Assembly (NCBI RefSeq): GCF_000446015.1
Contig: NC_022093.1
Span: 150,001-182,000 of the forward strand
DNA: 32,000 nucleotides
Origin: Thermofilum adornatum
Lineage (GTDB): Archaea; Thermoproteota; Thermoprotei; Thermofilales; Thermofilaceae
Direction of reading: 5' to 3'
Shown here: positions 8,254-16,545 of the stretch, piece after piece
Numbering within the stretch: the stretch's first letter is position 1
Layout: each line of letters starts with the position of its first letter
Notes under the pieces: generated by a model
The model's input: only the letters and a program-made list of their open reading frames with translations
What the model was told of the DNA's origin: nothing
Databases searched by the model: none
Translations under genes and position numbers: made by a program

Positions 8254-9351
8254 TTAGATATTAGTGAATTTTTTAACTGTCTCTGCGTCAAGCCTCTTTA
8301 CAAGCTCGACTACGAGGCGTACAGCGTTTTCAACATCGCTAATACTCACAATGCTTACATGGCTGTGTATGTGTCTAGTCGGAACCCCTATAACTATGCT
8401 TGGCCTTCCCCCCTTGTAGAGGTGCAACCTGCCGGCATCCGTCCCACCACTGACAGCCGACAGCTGATATGGAATCTTTGCCTCTTCAGCCACCTCGATG
8501 ACAAACTCCTTGAATCTTGGGTTTGGAATCATTGATCTATCCCATACAACTATTGTGGGCCCCTTGCCTACCTTTGCCTGGGCCTCGCTCGGCTTTATCC
8601 CAGGAACATCTCCAGCAATGTCTACTTCTGTTACAATTGCTACGTCGTGGTCAGCTATCCAGCCAACTGTCTCGGCTCCTCTTAGACCTACCTCTTCTTG
8701 CACGGTTGCAGCCGCGTAGAGCGTGTTTCTGTGCTCTATATTGTTTTCCCTGATGTATCTGAGTGCTTCTAGCGCAATAAATGCTCCTATCCTGTCGTCT
8801 AGGGCCTTAGCCATTATTCTGTCTGGGAAGGCGGTCTTCATGAAGGGGGACCAGGGAGCGACGGGGTCGCCAACCCTTATGCCTAGTTTTTCAACCTCCT
8901 CTTTGCTTGTAGCGCCTACATCAATGTACATCTGGTTTATCTGGACGACTTTTTGTCTCTCTTCCGGAGTAAGCAAGTGCGGGGGCTTGCTAGTAATAAC
9001 GCCATATACTGGCCCATTCTTGGTTCTAATAACTACACGCTGTGCAAGAAGGACTTGCTCGAACCATCCTCCTAGAGGCACAAATGTGAGAAAACCCTCC
9101 TGGGTTATGCTTGTAACCAGGAAGCCGACCTCGTCGACGTGCCCGGCTACTAGTATTTTTGGGGTGTCCGAGGAACCTTTCTTTACAAGCATGAGTGAGC
9201 CAAGGTTGTCCCTTTTTACTGAGTCGGCGTACCTCGAATAGTGTTGCTTTATTAATTCCATTACTGGTTCTTCAAAGCCGGATGGGGCAACAATTTCTGT
9301 TACATCTTTTAAGAATTGAAGCTCTTTTTCTGTTATTTTGTAGTTTGACAC
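8254..9351 (-). CDS. M42-family (TET/FrvX-type) aminopeptidase
   Basis: 365 aa with a GTG start. GHVDEVGF, DDRIGAF, QEEVGLRGA and a C-terminal PTRHIHS match the M42 metal-binding pattern. Confidence 0.85.
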   Translation of the reverse strand: MSNYKITEKELQFLKDVTEIVAPSGFEEPVMELIKQHYSRYADSVKRDNLGSLMLVKKGSSDTPKILVAGHVDEVGFLVTSITQEGFLTFVPLGGWFEQVLLAQRVVIRTKNGPVYGVITSKPPHLLTPEERQKVVQINQMYIDVGATSKEEVEKLGIRVGDPVAPWSPFMKTAFPDRIMAKALDDRIGAFIALEALRYIRENNIEHRNTLYAAATVQEEVGLRGAETVGWIADHDVAIVTEVDIAGDVPGIKPSEAQAKVGKGPTIVVWDRSMIPNPRFKEFVIEVAEEAKIPYQLSAVSGGTDAGRLHLYKGGRPSIVIGVPTRHIHSHVSIVSISDVENAVRLVVELVKRLDAETVKKFTNI

Positions 9352-9390
9352 GAGAATAACAAAACCGAGAAAAATATAAAAATTTTAGGT

Positions 9391-9942
9391 TTAAAAACCT
9401 ACATATTTTTCTCTAGGCGCCCCGCATACTGGACACTTTTCTGGAGGCTCTTCACCTATGTAGGTATGGCCACATACGGGACAAATCCAAACTTTGCCTT
9501 TTATCTGGAAATCTTTCCCTTCTTCTGCGGATTTTAGGGCTTCCTTGTAAAGTTCCGCGTGGATTTTTTCGGCTTCGAGGGCCCATCGGAAACTTCTCAC
9601 AGCTTGCTTTTCTCCTTGTTCCTCTGCAATTTTGATATATATTGGGTACATTTCCTCTACCTCAAACTCTTCTCCCCTGATAGCAAGGTTAAGGTTTTTA
9701 ACTGTTGTTCCTGGACCTATGGGTGCACCTGAAACGACCTTAGCGTCCTCGTCGAAATCCCTCAAAATGTTATAGTGATTAGAGGCATGCACATACTCTG
9801 CATGAGCGATAGCCCTAAATAGCCTAGCAATGTTGGGGAAACCTTCTCTCTCTGCTTGTACAGCAAATACTAGGTAGCGCATATGTGCCATGGATTCTCC
9901 TCCAAAGGCCGATAGAAGTGCATCTTTAGTCATTGATTTCAT
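9391..9942 (-). CDS. rbr: Rubrerythrin
   Basis: It has an N-terminal diiron four-helix domain (GESMAHMRY...AHAEYVHA...ALEAEKIHAELY) and a C-terminal rubredoxin-like CPVCG...CPVCG. Confidence 0.9.
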   Translation of the reverse strand: MKSMTKDALLSAFGGESMAHMRYLVFAVQAEREGFPNIARLFRAIAHAEYVHASNHYNILRDFDEDAKVVSGAPIGPGTTVKNLNLAIRGEEFEVEEMYPIYIKIAEEQGEKQAVRSFRWALEAEKIHAELYKEALKSAEEGKDFQIKGKVWICPVCGHTYIGEEPPEKCPVCGAPREKYVGF

Positions 9943-10053
9943 TGTTTATCATTTTCTTATTCAAACTTTGACATATAAAAATATAACGTTTGGTGCTAAA
10001 AATAAACGAAAACGTCTAGAATTTGTACCTAGTTTTTTAACTCTCTTCACGAA

Positions 10054-10635
10054 CTAGTCATTTCTTTCACTTCGTAGTTTTTTAATGAAAGTGTCTCGAC
10101 ATACTGGACAACAAAAATAATGTGTTGTATTCCTATAGGTGTAGGTGTATGGTTTTCCTCTAATTCTTTCTCCACAGGTTTCACATGTAACGTTGCTTAA
10201 ACCAGAAGCTACAATAACGTCTTTAGCGTCAAAGTTTGTTTCGATACTAGAAACGATTCTTATCTCGGCCTTTGGATCAATCTGTTCCATTAAGGAAACC
10301 AACTTTTTTAGATCCTCTAGAGAGAATATTCTCCCCAAAACAATGGTATTGGGATTGCTGTTCGTTGTGAGATATAGTTCCCACACCATTGCTTGACTAA
10401 GCTTCTCTGTTACTCTTGTCTCACTTGCGAACATGATCAAAACAAGTATTCCTCCAAGTTTTTCAGTGTTGAAAACTGGGAAAAAGCCCTTGATTATCCC
10501 ACTTCTATTGATTTTTTCTATTCTCTGCCTGGTTGTCTGTCTACTGATGTTGAGCTCGCGGGCTATCTCAGAGACAGTTATCCTGGGGTTTTTAACCAGT
10601 AGCTCGAGAATCCTTAGATCCAAGTTATCAAGCAT
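10054..10635 (-). CDS. Lrp/AsnC-type HTH transcriptional regulator with a C-terminal TRASH (Cys-rich metal-binding) domain
   Basis: The N-terminus reads MLDNLDLRILELLVKNPRITVSEIARELNISRQTTRQRIEKI (AsnC HTH). The C-terminus reads CETCGERI...YFCCPVCRDTF (TRASH/YHS-type Cys pattern). Confidence 0.8.
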   Translation of the reverse strand: MLDNLDLRILELLVKNPRITVSEIARELNISRQTTRQRIEKINRSGIIKGFFPVFNTEKLGGILVLIMFASETRVTEKLSQAMVWELYLTTNSNPNTIVLGRIFSLEDLKKLVSLMEQIDPKAEIRIVSSIETNFDAKDVIVASGLSNVTCETCGERIRGKPYTYTYRNTTHYFCCPVCRDTFIKKLRSERND

Positions 10636-10768
10636 AGCACAACATTTATTGCAGAAAAGTTATATATTTCTATGGCAACACACTACGTGTTTTTCTGCGA
10701 TTGCCAATTACTTGTCAAAAGCCTTACGTGTAAAACTTTTGCTTAGATTTTTAAAAAAAAGACAAAGT

Positions 10769-10927
10769 ATGTTAACAATAACAGGAATCTTCTACATATT
10801 AGCAGCCATCATAGTAGCGATGCTTCTAGCAATCTACATCATTAGCTCATCTGCCTCTAGAAAACTGGCTTCGCCTCCAAAAAACCGGGAGCTGGAACCC
10901 GCGCGCTTCATACGAAACATCGCTTAA
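10769..10927 (+). pseudogene. Frameshifted N-terminal fragment, a diverged duplicate of the alpha/beta-hydrolase gene at 11903
   Basis: MLTITGIFYILAAIIVAMLLAIYIISSSASRKLASPP aligns with MLTTTAIIYLLITIIAAILLVVYIISSSASKKLATPP at 11903. After CCTCC an indel shifts the frame and a stop follows at 10925-10927. The upstream ~55 nt is also homologous (10712-10768 versus 11838-11902). Confidence 0.8.
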
Positions 10928-11030
10928 AGCAGAAAATTGCAAATGAGTCTCCATCGTCAAAATTTGTTTCCATATTAGAAACGAATTTTATCTCTACCGT
11001 TGGATCGATCTTATCCCTAAAGAAAAACTC
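10898..11030 (-). pseudogene. Internal fragment of a second Lrp/TRASH-regulator copy, a remnant paralogue of 10054..10635
   Basis: 10953-11028 aligns by eye at roughly three-quarters identity with 10225-10303. The minus-strand translation DKIDPTVEIKFVSNMETNFDDGDSF matches EQIDPKAEIRIVSSIETNFDAKDVI of the intact gene. A stop replaces the codons preceding the TRASH Cys motif, and both the HTH-encoding and TRASH-encoding parts are missing. Confidence 0.7.
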
Positions 11031-11031
11031 G

Positions 11032-11481
11032 TTACAAAGTCTCTTCTGACAAAAACTTTACAGGGAGTTTGCTGATAAGTTGTTCTTTCGCTACCATTTC
11101 GCTTTCCCTTTTCAGGAATAATGCTAATCCACCTATTTTTTGGGCAACGGCGATTACAAAGCAGTCGGCTAAAGCTAGACCAAGTTGTTTTTTCAATTCG
11201 CCTGCTACGATAGCTGTCTCCTCGTCAATATTGACAGGGGTAATTTTTGTCTTTAACCAAGAGATATAGTTGAGGGCTTCCTCGTTTGCATTTTTAACGC
11301 CTGCCAATTGATAAATCCTCGAAGCTATATAGAGAGTCTCGCTTAAAGTAGGGATGGCGGCAAACAATTTCACAGTACCTGATCTTTGTGCACTAAACAG
11401 TTGTTCTACTTTTTCTCTGTATGGAGAATTCCTAATAATTTTTTCTACTATTACGCTTGTATCAAGGACGTAAGATTTCAT
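11032..11481 (-). CDS. vapC: PIN-domain ribonuclease toxin (VapC-like)
   Basis: 149 aa with YVLDTSVIVE at the N-terminus, TLSETLY and LADCFVIAVA, giving the PIN acidic residues. It overlaps the upstream antitoxin gene by 20 nt. Confidence 0.8.
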   Translation of the reverse strand: MKSYVLDTSVIVEKIIRNSPYREKVEQLFSAQRSGTVKLFAAIPTLSETLYIASRIYQLAGVKNANEEALNYISWLKTKITPVNIDEETAIVAGELKKQLGLALADCFVIAVAQKIGGLALFLKRESEMVAKEQLISKLPVKFLSEETL

Positions 11482-11698
11482 GGTATTTCTTCTCCTCTAC
11501 GTGTCTCTCTTCTTCAAGAAGCTTGTCTACAACTGCTGGGTCGATCTCGACTTCTTTTGGCTTAAGGGGTTTCAGAATTATTATGCCTGGGGAAGCCTCA
11601 GCTATAACTTCGCTTTCCTCTTCGATACCGCTTGTTAAGCGAAGCTTTTTTGGAAGAATTATTACACCCTTTTTCCTCACTTTTAGCACTACAGTCAT
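11462..11698 (-). CDS. vapB: AbrB/SpoVT-type antitoxin (VapB-like)
   Basis: The preferred start is ATG 11698 (MTVVLKVRKKGVIILPKKLRLTSGIEE..., the swapped-hairpin AbrB-like motif). The track ORF extends to 11752, but that adds only 18 hydrophobic residues. Confidence 0.7.
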   Translation of the reverse strand: MTVVLKVRKKGVIILPKKLRLTSGIEEESEVIAEASPGIIILKPLKPKEVEIDPAVVDKLLEEERHVEEKKYHEILRP

Positions 11699-11902
11699 GA
11701 TTGGTTCACCATATAGGAAAAGTTTAACTAAAGATAAAAGTTTAACTTTCAACCTTATGTTTGACCAGTTAAAGATTTCCCATATCTTCGCAAAAAACTT
11801 GTCCGCTAGTCTTCTTTATTTTTGCATTATCACTAGTTTGTTGAGAAAGCCTTCTATGAAAAAGTTATATAGGTTTTGCTTCAAATTTTTAAATGACCAG
11901 AC

Positions 11903-12805
11903 ATGTTAACAACAACAGCAATTATTTACCTCTTAATAACCATCATAGCAGCAATACTCCTAGTGGTCTACATTATTAGCTCATCAGCTTCTAAAAAGCT
12001 GGCTACGCCTCCGAGAAAAACCGGTAGCTGGAGCCCAAGAGACTTGGGCTTCGAGTATGAAAAAGTAGAGGTTAAGACGTCTGACGGCTTGACTCTTAGG
12101 GGCTGGCTAATTCCAAGAGGCTCCGAGAAGACTGTGATAGTGATACACGGTTATACCTCCTGCAAGTGGGATGAATGGTACATGAAGCCCGTCATCAATA
12201 TCCTTGCTAGACACGATTTTAACGTAGTTGCCTTTGACATGCGCGCCCACGGGGAAAGCGATGGAGAAAAAACAACGCTTGGCTACCGTGAAGTCGACGA
12301 TATAGGCGCAATAATAAACTATCTTAAAGAGAGGGGTCTCGCAAGCCGTCTCGGGATAATTGGATACTCGATGGGTGGAGCAATAACGCTTATGTCCCTT
12401 TCCCGGTATGAAGAGTTGAAGGCTGGGGTCGCTGATAGCCCCTACATAGATATTAGGGCCTCGGGTAAAAGATGGATAAACAGGGTCGGCGCGCCGTTAA
12501 GGTATATCCTTCTGGCTTCTTACCCACTCATAATGAGGCTAACGGCTAGCCGTACGGGGGCGTCGCCGGAGAAACTAGTAATGTACCAGTATGCGAAGTC
12601 CATTACAAAGCCATTACTCATAATAGGTGGGCAACAAGACGACCTCGTAGCTATAGATGAGGTTAGGAAGTTCTATGAGGAAGTCAAAAAGGTAAACAGT
12701 AATGTTGAGCTTTGGGAGACCACTTCGAAACATGTATCAGCGATACAGGACTACCCGAGAGAATATGAAGAAAGAATTGTAGGCTTCTTTAACAGGTGGT
12801 TGTAA
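11903..12805 (+). CDS. Membrane-anchored alpha/beta-fold hydrolase (COG1073-like)
   Basis: It has an N-terminal TM helix, an HG oxyanion region (VIVIHGYTS), a nucleophile elbow GYSMGG, a late DD...H, and a serine-hydrolase layout. Confidence 0.8.
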   Translation: MLTTTAIIYLLITIIAAILLVVYIISSSASKKLATPPRKTGSWSPRDLGFEYEKVEVKTSDGLTLRGWLIPRGSEKTVIVIHGYTSCKWDEWYMKPVINILARHDFNVVAFDMRAHGESDGEKTTLGYREVDDIGAIINYLKERGLASRLGIIGYSMGGAITLMSLSRYEELKAGVADSPYIDIRASGKRWINRVGAPLRYILLASYPLIMRLTASRTGASPEKLVMYQYAKSITKPLLIIGGQQDDLVAIDEVRKFYEEVKKVNSNVELWETTSKHVSAIQDYPREYEERIVGFFNRWL

Positions 12806-14088
12806 TGGCCGGGAAAGCGCCTAAAGTAAGAATAGTTACATTCTCGCTCGCACTCTTCGTCCTTTTCTACTTCATGGGCTACTACATGTTAAACCCAATA
12901 TTGAAGACACTTCATGAAGAAGGACTTATCCCTGGAAAAACCGAGGTCGAATGGCGCTTTAATGCTGGATTAATAGCGACTATCCTCCAGGGTACAGGCC
13001 TCGTACTCTCGTTCGTGTGGGGCATCCTAGCAGACAAGATTGGCCGCCGCCAAATATTGTTCCTCCTTGGAATAACGATGGGGATTGGCCTGCTTCTCGT
13101 CTCTACAGCTAGAAGCTACACTGAGCTCCTCCTATATTTTGTCCTATTCGGGCTAGGCTATGTTGGAGTGGGACCAGTAATTTATGCATTTATCTCAGAC
13201 GCGCTACCTAGCCAGAGCAGGGGAAAGGGATATGCGGCATACTATGTCTCAAGCGTGCTGGCAATGATACTTGGATTAATTGTTGCCGGAGTTTTGCTAC
13301 AATGGCGCACCGCCTACTTGGTCTCTGGACTAGCAACTTTCATTTTCGCCGTTATCCTGTTCATTTCTTCTAGAGGAATAACCATAGGCTATTCGGAAAA
13401 GAAGGCTGAAGAAGTCAAAAAGTATTCCCTCCGCGAAGCCCTTCCAAGTCTAAAGAAAAAGACGGTTCTACTCATACTGCTAATGATTATTCCTTGGACG
13501 ATCCCATGGGGAATGCTCAGCATATGGTCTATCGACTACATTTCAACAAAATGGGGGGTCCCAACTGGAACAGCCTCCCTAATCATCGCTGCGGCAACTG
13601 CCTCTATAGCATTGGGACACATCATAGGGGGTACTCTGAGCGACCGCTTAGTAAGTAGGGGCGACACAAGTGGGAGGGCAAAGATCTCAATAATCGGTGT
13701 CGCTGTGGGATACATAGCTATGCTACTAATGTTGATTTACCCGTACCCCTACGGGGACACTTCTATCTCTGCCCTCTTCCTCCCAGCGCTACTGGCTGTT
13801 GGAGGAATGATGTTCACTACTTTCGCATATCCAAACATAAACTCGGTTCTAAGCGATGTGATAATTCCCGAGCACCGTGGAACAATTTTTGCTTTTTACA
13901 GCGTCCTCAACAATCTTGGCTGGACACTGGGACCAACTGTCTACACTTTGCTTCTCTCGACCTTCGCAAACACGATGGGACAAATCCAAGCGATGACAAG
14001 TGCCGCCGTCCTAATTGTGTCTCTCTGGCTAATAGCACTTCTTTGCTGGATTGGCATCTATAGAAGCTATCCAAAAGAAAAGCTCTAG
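12805..14088 (+). CDS. MFS transporter
   Basis: About 12 TM segments. MFS motif A is GILADKIGRRQIL. ATG 12805 overlaps the hydrolase stop (TAATG); the track's GTG at 12796 is an alternative start. Confidence 0.85.
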   Translation: MAGKAPKVRIVTFSLALFVLFYFMGYYMLNPILKTLHEEGLIPGKTEVEWRFNAGLIATILQGTGLVLSFVWGILADKIGRRQILFLLGITMGIGLLLVSTARSYTELLLYFVLFGLGYVGVGPVIYAFISDALPSQSRGKGYAAYYVSSVLAMILGLIVAGVLLQWRTAYLVSGLATFIFAVILFISSRGITIGYSEKKAEEVKKYSLREALPSLKKKTVLLILLMIIPWTIPWGMLSIWSIDYISTKWGVPTGTASLIIAAATASIALGHIIGGTLSDRLVSRGDTSGRAKISIIGVAVGYIAMLLMLIYPYPYGDTSISALFLPALLAVGGMMFTTFAYPNINSVLSDVIIPEHRGTIFAFYSVLNNLGWTLGPTVYTLLLSTFANTMGQIQAMTSAAVLIVSLWLIALLCWIGIYRSYPKEKL

Positions 14089-14099
14089 AAGGGACAAAA

Positions 14100-14900
14100 T
14101 TATATCAGTTTTTTCTTTATTATCTGTTCGGCTATTTCCTGTGGGGTCAGTTTCTTTACTCCAAGCATGTTTGCCAGTCTCTGTAGTTGCGTTGGGATAA
14201 AGCCCTTCTCCTCGAGGAAAGATATGTCGGTCAAAACCTCTTCTGTAGGTCCATCCCTTATAATTTTTCCCTTCTCAAAGACAATTATCCTCTTAGCAAA
14301 CATTCCCAAGAGATCCAAGTCATGCGTGATGACAACGACAGATTTTCCGTTACGGTGTAGGTTTTCAAGAACTCTGAATAACTGTAGGCACCTCCCATAG
14401 TCTAGCCCAGTTGTTGGCTCGTCAAGGATTAAGATGTCTGGCTCCATTACAAGGACGCTTGCTATTGCAAGCCTATGTTTTTCTCCAAAGCTGAGAGCAT
14501 GCGGCGGAAAGTTCAGTGGCTTGATTAAGTCTACGCTTTCCAGAACTCTCCCCACGGCGTCTTTGATTCTGATTTCTGGGTATCCTAGGTTCCTCAGGGC
14601 GAATCCGACTTCGTCGAGGATTGTAGACGAGAATATCATGAGTTCAGGGTTCTGATGGACAAATCCAACTTTACGTGCGAGGTCAGATACGGGCGTCGTT
14701 TTCGTGTCCATCCCGTCTACGAGGACTCTGCCTGATATAGGCTTAAGTAGCCCTACAGCTAGTTTTGCAAATGTTGTCTTCCCAGCCCCGCTGTGGCCAA
14801 TTACACCTATAAATTCGCCACGGCCAATCTCTACGCTGAGGTCTCTTATCTCGAATCCCTTGTCCCCGTAGTTAAATGATACCTTGTCGAAAACTATCAT
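14100..14900 (-). CDS. ecfA: ECF transporter ATPase subunit (EcfA2/CbiO-like)
   Basis: Walker A GHSGAGKTT, the signature-like LSFGEKHRL, and Walker B ILILDEPT. There is an ATGA overlap with the upstream ATPase gene. Confidence 0.88.
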   Translation of the reverse strand: MIVFDKVSFNYGDKGFEIRDLSVEIGRGEFIGVIGHSGAGKTTFAKLAVGLLKPISGRVLVDGMDTKTTPVSDLARKVGFVHQNPELMIFSSTILDEVGFALRNLGYPEIRIKDAVGRVLESVDLIKPLNFPPHALSFGEKHRLAIASVLVMEPDILILDEPTTGLDYGRCLQLFRVLENLHRNGKSVVVITHDLDLLGMFAKRIIVFEKGKIIRDGPTEEVLTDISFLEEKGFIPTQLQRLANMLGVKKLTPQEIAEQIIKKKLI

Positions 14901-15736
14901 TTGGATCCCACCCCCAACTTCCAGCTATCCTCCAACTTTACTGGTATAGGGACATCGATACCCTTTTTCCTCAACTCGTACGCTACCTCGGCTATGCCTG
15001 GAGACCTAACGCCGTACCTCTGGATATCCTCTACCCTAGAGAAAACTTCCTCCGGCTTCCCTTCAAGAAGTATTGTACCCCTACCCATAACTGCAATCCT
15101 GTCCGCCGCCTCGACTGCCCATTCCACTCTGTGCTCGGCAACTAGAATTGTCAAGCCCTCTTTCTTTAACTGGTTGATGGCTTCCAAAACGAGTCGGGTG
15201 CCTCTGTGATCTAGCATTGATGTTGGCTCGTCCAGTAGCAAAACCTTTGGCTTTATGGTTAAGACACTCGCTATGGCTATTAGTTGTTTCTCGCCTCCAG
15301 AGAGAGACTGGGGATCCTTGTCCAGCAAGTCGTAAAGGTTCAACACATGGGTAACCCAGTCTATACGTTTCTGGATCTCTTCCCGCGATAGACCAAGGTT
15401 CTCGGGACCCATTGCAAGCTCTTCGAGGACAGACCTTGTAATAACCTGCATTTCGGGGTTCTGGTAGACCAGCCCGACCACGCCTACAAGCTGTTTATAG
15501 CCAGCCCTCACAACGTCTACTCCCTCAACTATCGCTTCGCCCTCAACTGTTCCAGGAATCAACGATGGAACTAGTCCCGCAAGAATTCTGAAGAGTGTGG
15601 TCTTCCCACAGCCGCTCGGCCCCATAATTACGACCATCTCTCCCTTATTGACTTGGAGGTCTACGGCCCTCACAGTCCACGTGTCCGAGCCAATATACTT
15701 GGCGCTTAGGTTCCTAACAATTACAGAAGGCCCCAT
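14897..15736 (-). CDS. ecfA: ECF transporter ATPase subunit (EcfA1/CbiO-like)
   Basis: Walker A GPSGCGKTT, LSGGEKQ and Walker B VLLLDEPT. The preferred start is ATG 15736 (MGPSVIVRNL), preceded by GGGGTGAT (Shine-Dalgarno-like). The track extends to 15799. Confidence 0.85.
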   Translation of the reverse strand: MGPSVIVRNLSAKYIGSDTWTVRAVDLQVNKGEMVVIMGPSGCGKTTLFRILAGLVPSLIPGTVEGEAIVEGVDVVRAGYKQLVGVVGLVYQNPEMQVITRSVLEELAMGPENLGLSREEIQKRIDWVTHVLNLYDLLDKDPQSLSGGEKQLIAIASVLTIKPKVLLLDEPTSMLDHRGTRLVLEAINQLKKEGLTILVAEHRVEWAVEAADRIAVMGRGTILLEGKPEEVFSRVEDIQRYGVRSPGIAEVAYELRKKGIDVPIPVKLEDSWKLGVGSK

Positions 15737-16491
15737 AAAAGTATCACCCCATAGAATATTATTGAGAACAATAAAAACAAAGTATCCCTCTTGACCCATT
15801 TTGGCTCTAAGAGGTAGGTCCTCTTCTTAGAATAGCCGACATACCTGGAGGCGAGAACCATGCTCAAGTCCCATACATCGCTTAATAGTCTCGAAATAAC
15901 TGGGACAATTATTGGAATATACTTTCTAAGTCTCTCAGGTATACTTCCCTTATCGAGTGCCAGACCTCTGAGTCTTTGCACATCTATAACGTCCCTTGTA
16001 GCCTTCACCATTGTCGGCAGAAGGCTTACCGCTATGACAAAGGCTGTGGAAAGCTTAGGGGGGACCCTGATTTTTTCGAGTGTCCATGAAACATGGTAAG
16101 GCTTTGTTGTCACAAAGAACGTTATAAAGGCGAAGACTGGACTCATTATCAGGAAGAATTTCCCGCTGGCAACTAGGAGCCCTACGTCTGTCACTTTGAT
16201 TATCCACAGGTCTAGAACTAATCTTCCTTGGTTGCTGTACATCCCAGCCCACACCAGTGTAGTTATCAAGAGGAAGATAAGCGAGTTAAAGATCAGTATC
16301 GCCGCTAGTCCCGCCCCTATACCAGACAGTATTAGAGCTACTATAGTGGAGACAAATATTGGGAAGCTCTTAAGACCATTAAACTGCGTAACAATGGAGG
16401 CGGCAAGGACTAGTAACGCCCAGACGAGTTTTGCACGTGGGTCTAGGGAGTGGAAGAAGGACCTTCGCTCGATATAGAGCCCGCTCAACAA
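15721..16491 (-). CDS. ecfT: ECF transporter transmembrane T component (EcfT/CbiQ family)
   Basis: 256 aa, multi-TM. It has SFFHSLDPRAKL at the N-terminus and the coupling-helix region ATRDVIDVQRLRG. The TTG start is preceded by GAGGTG 8 nt upstream. Confidence 0.85.
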   Translation of the reverse strand: MLSGLYIERRSFFHSLDPRAKLVWALLVLAASIVTQFNGLKSFPIFVSTIVALILSGIGAGLAAILIFNSLIFLLITTLVWAGMYSNQGRLVLDLWIIKVTDVGLLVASGKFFLIMSPVFAFITFFVTTKPYHVSWTLEKIRVPPKLSTAFVIAVSLLPTMVKATRDVIDVQRLRGLALDKGSIPERLRKYIPIIVPVISRLLSDVWDLSMVLASRYVGYSKKRTYLLEPKWVKRDTLFLLFSIIFYGVILLWGLL

Positions 16492-16545
16492 GTGGAGGAC
16501 ACCTCATTTTATGGAGATAGAAAAACAAATTATAGTTTTAAAGTT

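Noticed and set aside
8498-9241. Three plus-strand ORFs (73, 78 and 172 aa) inside the M42 aminopeptidase gene
   Set aside because: They are antisense to a confidently identified CDS. Their S/T/P/L-rich, low-complexity composition is typical of shadow frames, and they have no motifs.
9943-10053. GTGAAGA... motif and AT-rich spacer between the rubrerythrin and Lrp/TRASH genes, considered as a possible sRNA
   Set aside because: There is no D or D' box at the proper spacing. The region is adequately explained as the rubrerythrin promoter plus the regulator terminator.
10433-10768. The 5' two-thirds of the 164-aa plus-strand ORF 10433..10927
   Set aside because: This part is antisense to the Lrp/TRASH gene and runs through the promoter region. 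Only the last 52 codons (from ATG 10769) carry real homology, and they form a frameshifted gene fragment.
11699-11752. An 18-aa N-terminal extension of the AbrB-type antitoxin
   Set aside because: The AbrB/SpoVT fold begins right at the internal Met (MTVVLKVRKKG). The extension is hydrophobic and not expected for this family.
11457-11909. A 150-aa plus-strand ORF
   Set aside because: It is antisense to vapB and the promoter region. It is S/F/L-rich and has no motif, so it is a shadow ORF.
14326-14377. A C/D-box-like string (GTGATGA ... CTGA) on the plus strand
   Set aside because: It lies inside, and antisense to, the ecfA gene. The putative D' (TTCC) and C' lack the GA dinucleotides needed for a K-loop, so the spacing match is probably chance.
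15737-15799. A 21-aa N-terminal extension of the first ECF ATPase
   Set aside because: The extension lies wholly inside the ecfT coding region. ATG 15736 is preceded by a GGTGAT Shine-Dalgarno-like element and gives a normal ATPase N-terminus.
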